Assembly (NCBI RefSeq): GCF_006345805.1
Contig: NC_043016.1
Location: 16,616,001 to 16,680,000, forward strand
Direction: 5' to 3'
Origin: Octopus sinensis
Taxonomy: Eukaryota
Length of the DNA stretch: 64,000 nt
Below are positions 62,399 through 64,000 of the stretch, piece by piece. Numbering within the stretch: the stretch's first letter is position 1; every line of letters begins with the position of its first letter. The notes beneath the pieces were generated by a model. That model saw only the letters and a list, made by a program, of their open reading frames with translations. It did no database searches and was not told where the DNA came from. The position numbers and the translations under genes are program-made.

Positions 62399-63927
62399 GT
62401 AAGTAAAATTGTTTTAGTTGGAGAATAATAATGTATTGCAAAGATGTACTTGCATAGCAAGTGACATGACCTGATCTGAGATCGTGTATTGTTTGTGAAT
62501 ATACTCGGTGAGTGCGAAATCTGGGAAAAACCTCAAGAAGCTGGTACAGTAGTGGACTCGTTGGACAATGGTGTTTGGGGCTGCTTTGGACAGGGGTTCA
62601 CATCTTTAGGTCTCTAGTCCTGTCTGTCTTACTCTATAGTTGTGAGTCTTGAACACTGTCTTGGGGCTCTGTAGGAACTACCTGAGAAAAGAGTTCGGGC
62701 TCCCTCCCCCATTTTCTCCCAAATTTGTTTATTAAAAAATTTTTTTTTGCCAAACATCCCCATTTTCAGATACGGAGGTTCTGGAAAATTGCCAAAAGTC
62801 AGCATTGTGAAAATTCCCCTGCCCAACTTCTTCAATTTTGACTTTTTTCTGCAACACTAACCCTAACCCTAACCTGTACCCTAAAACTCTCAACCAAACC
62901 CTAACGCTAATTCTAAAACCCTTAGCCTAACCCTAGCATTCTAACCCTAATCCTAAAACCTTAAAGCTAAAACCAGTACAAACGCACAAATGATGTCATA
63001 AATAAGTGACAAACGAAATATACACCGCCGATAGTTGTTGTTGACAAACAACGGCAGTAATTTTATTCAGCTGAATACACGTCATTGATTGGTTGAAATT
63101 ACCGAAATACGACAACTTTAACACGAAATAACTTCTAAAAGACAAAACTTTGTCAGAAACGTTAAGAGTAAAAGATGTTTTATATGACACATTCTACCAG
63201 TGTCCAAAGTTTGAAAGTGTTTTTTTTTTCTTTACCAAACGATGCCCAAGACACCAAGCTAAGGACATTTCCTCCTCCTCTTCTTTCTTCTCTCTCATTT
63301 TTCCATTCGCTGTTAATTACCTTAAATGTTTTATTACTGACAGCTTGTTGTTGTTTTTCTTCTGTAAGCTAACCATTGGCAATGACCCCACAAAAGATAA
63401 TTTTAATTCCATCTCTTAGAATTTCATTAAGTAAATTACTCGTTTCTCCCTTTGTTTAATTCCATTTCTTTCACCACATCGTTCCTTAAGCTAACTTGCT
63501 TGTTCGCTGTGCGCCTGCCCTCACCCACCCCCACCACCAGTACCGGATATCTCTACTGTGTTTCCTTACTGGATATCCCTCCTCCCACAACTATAACAGT
63601 TGTCTATTCTCACACATACTTCATGGGCTTTCTTATGTTCTCTTCTGATGTAATCTCCAGGGATTCAGGCATCTAGCAACAGGATCCCCATAATGCTATG
63701 ATGGACTGTGAAGTCTGGCGTAGCATGGTAAATTCCATTGTCTCGACCATGGTCGAACAATGATGATGATGATGATGATGTTTAATTACAAAAAATTAAT
63801 TTCTTGATCTGCTGTTGAAAGGGTAAATATCCAGGTCCCTGCAGTTGGCCCACTTGAGGTGTGTATTCAACCATTTATTATGTTTGTTTTTTATTTTGAT
63901 ATCTGTTATATACTTTAAAATCTACAG

Positions 63928-64000
63928 GCTTGGGAAAACGCAATCAAAAGTGAAAGAACTAGCGAGGAATGTTCGTGATAGAGAGGAAGAAATTGAAGAT
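63928..64000 (+). CDS. CDC42BPA: MRCK exon (coiled coil), runs off the window end
   Basis: Acceptor tctacag; (V)LGKTQSKVKELARNVRDREEEIED resembles MRCK KLARHVRDKEEEVD; phase-2 entry fits the previous exon. Confidence 0.9.

Noticed and set aside
62855-62965. (CCCTAA)n-like tract suggesting a telomere
   Set aside because: It is degenerate, internal, and part of a dispersed element also seen at ~1125-1330 and 22565-23435.

Overview
Eukaryotic, AT-rich, repeat-dense genomic DNA whose repeat content (tRNA-derived SINEs with internal (TA)n, RTE and CR1-like LINEs, abundant microsatellites) is typical of an octopus/coleoid cephalopod; the species assignment is inference. Nearly all ORFs in the supplied track are microsatellite or TE artefacts. 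Two real genes are visible as spliced exons. (1) On the + strand, an MRCK/CDC42BP (genghis khan) kinase gene: coding exon 1 at 22220-22388, then six phase-consistent exons from 46229 to the window end. The kinase-domain exons are absent, and a 100-N gap plus an ~8.6 kb satellite of ~249 bp units lie where they should be. (2) On the - strand, the terminal coding exon of a TIMM21 homolog (4141-4230). TEs include two 5'-truncated RTE LINEs (one nested in a CR1-like LINE), a solo LTR with a 4-bp TSD, a non-autonomous Helitron and piggyBac remnants. The main discovery is a dense set of minimal type-I hammerhead ribozyme (HHR) motifs in about seven distinct sequence contexts. They lie in short non-coding elements embedded in (TA)n, arranged as tandem, circularly permuted or fold-back copies like Penelope pLTRs or retrozymes. 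Two of them carry compensatory variants (A3-U8, U3-A8) of the conserved C3-G8 pair. Ribozyme activity is untested.
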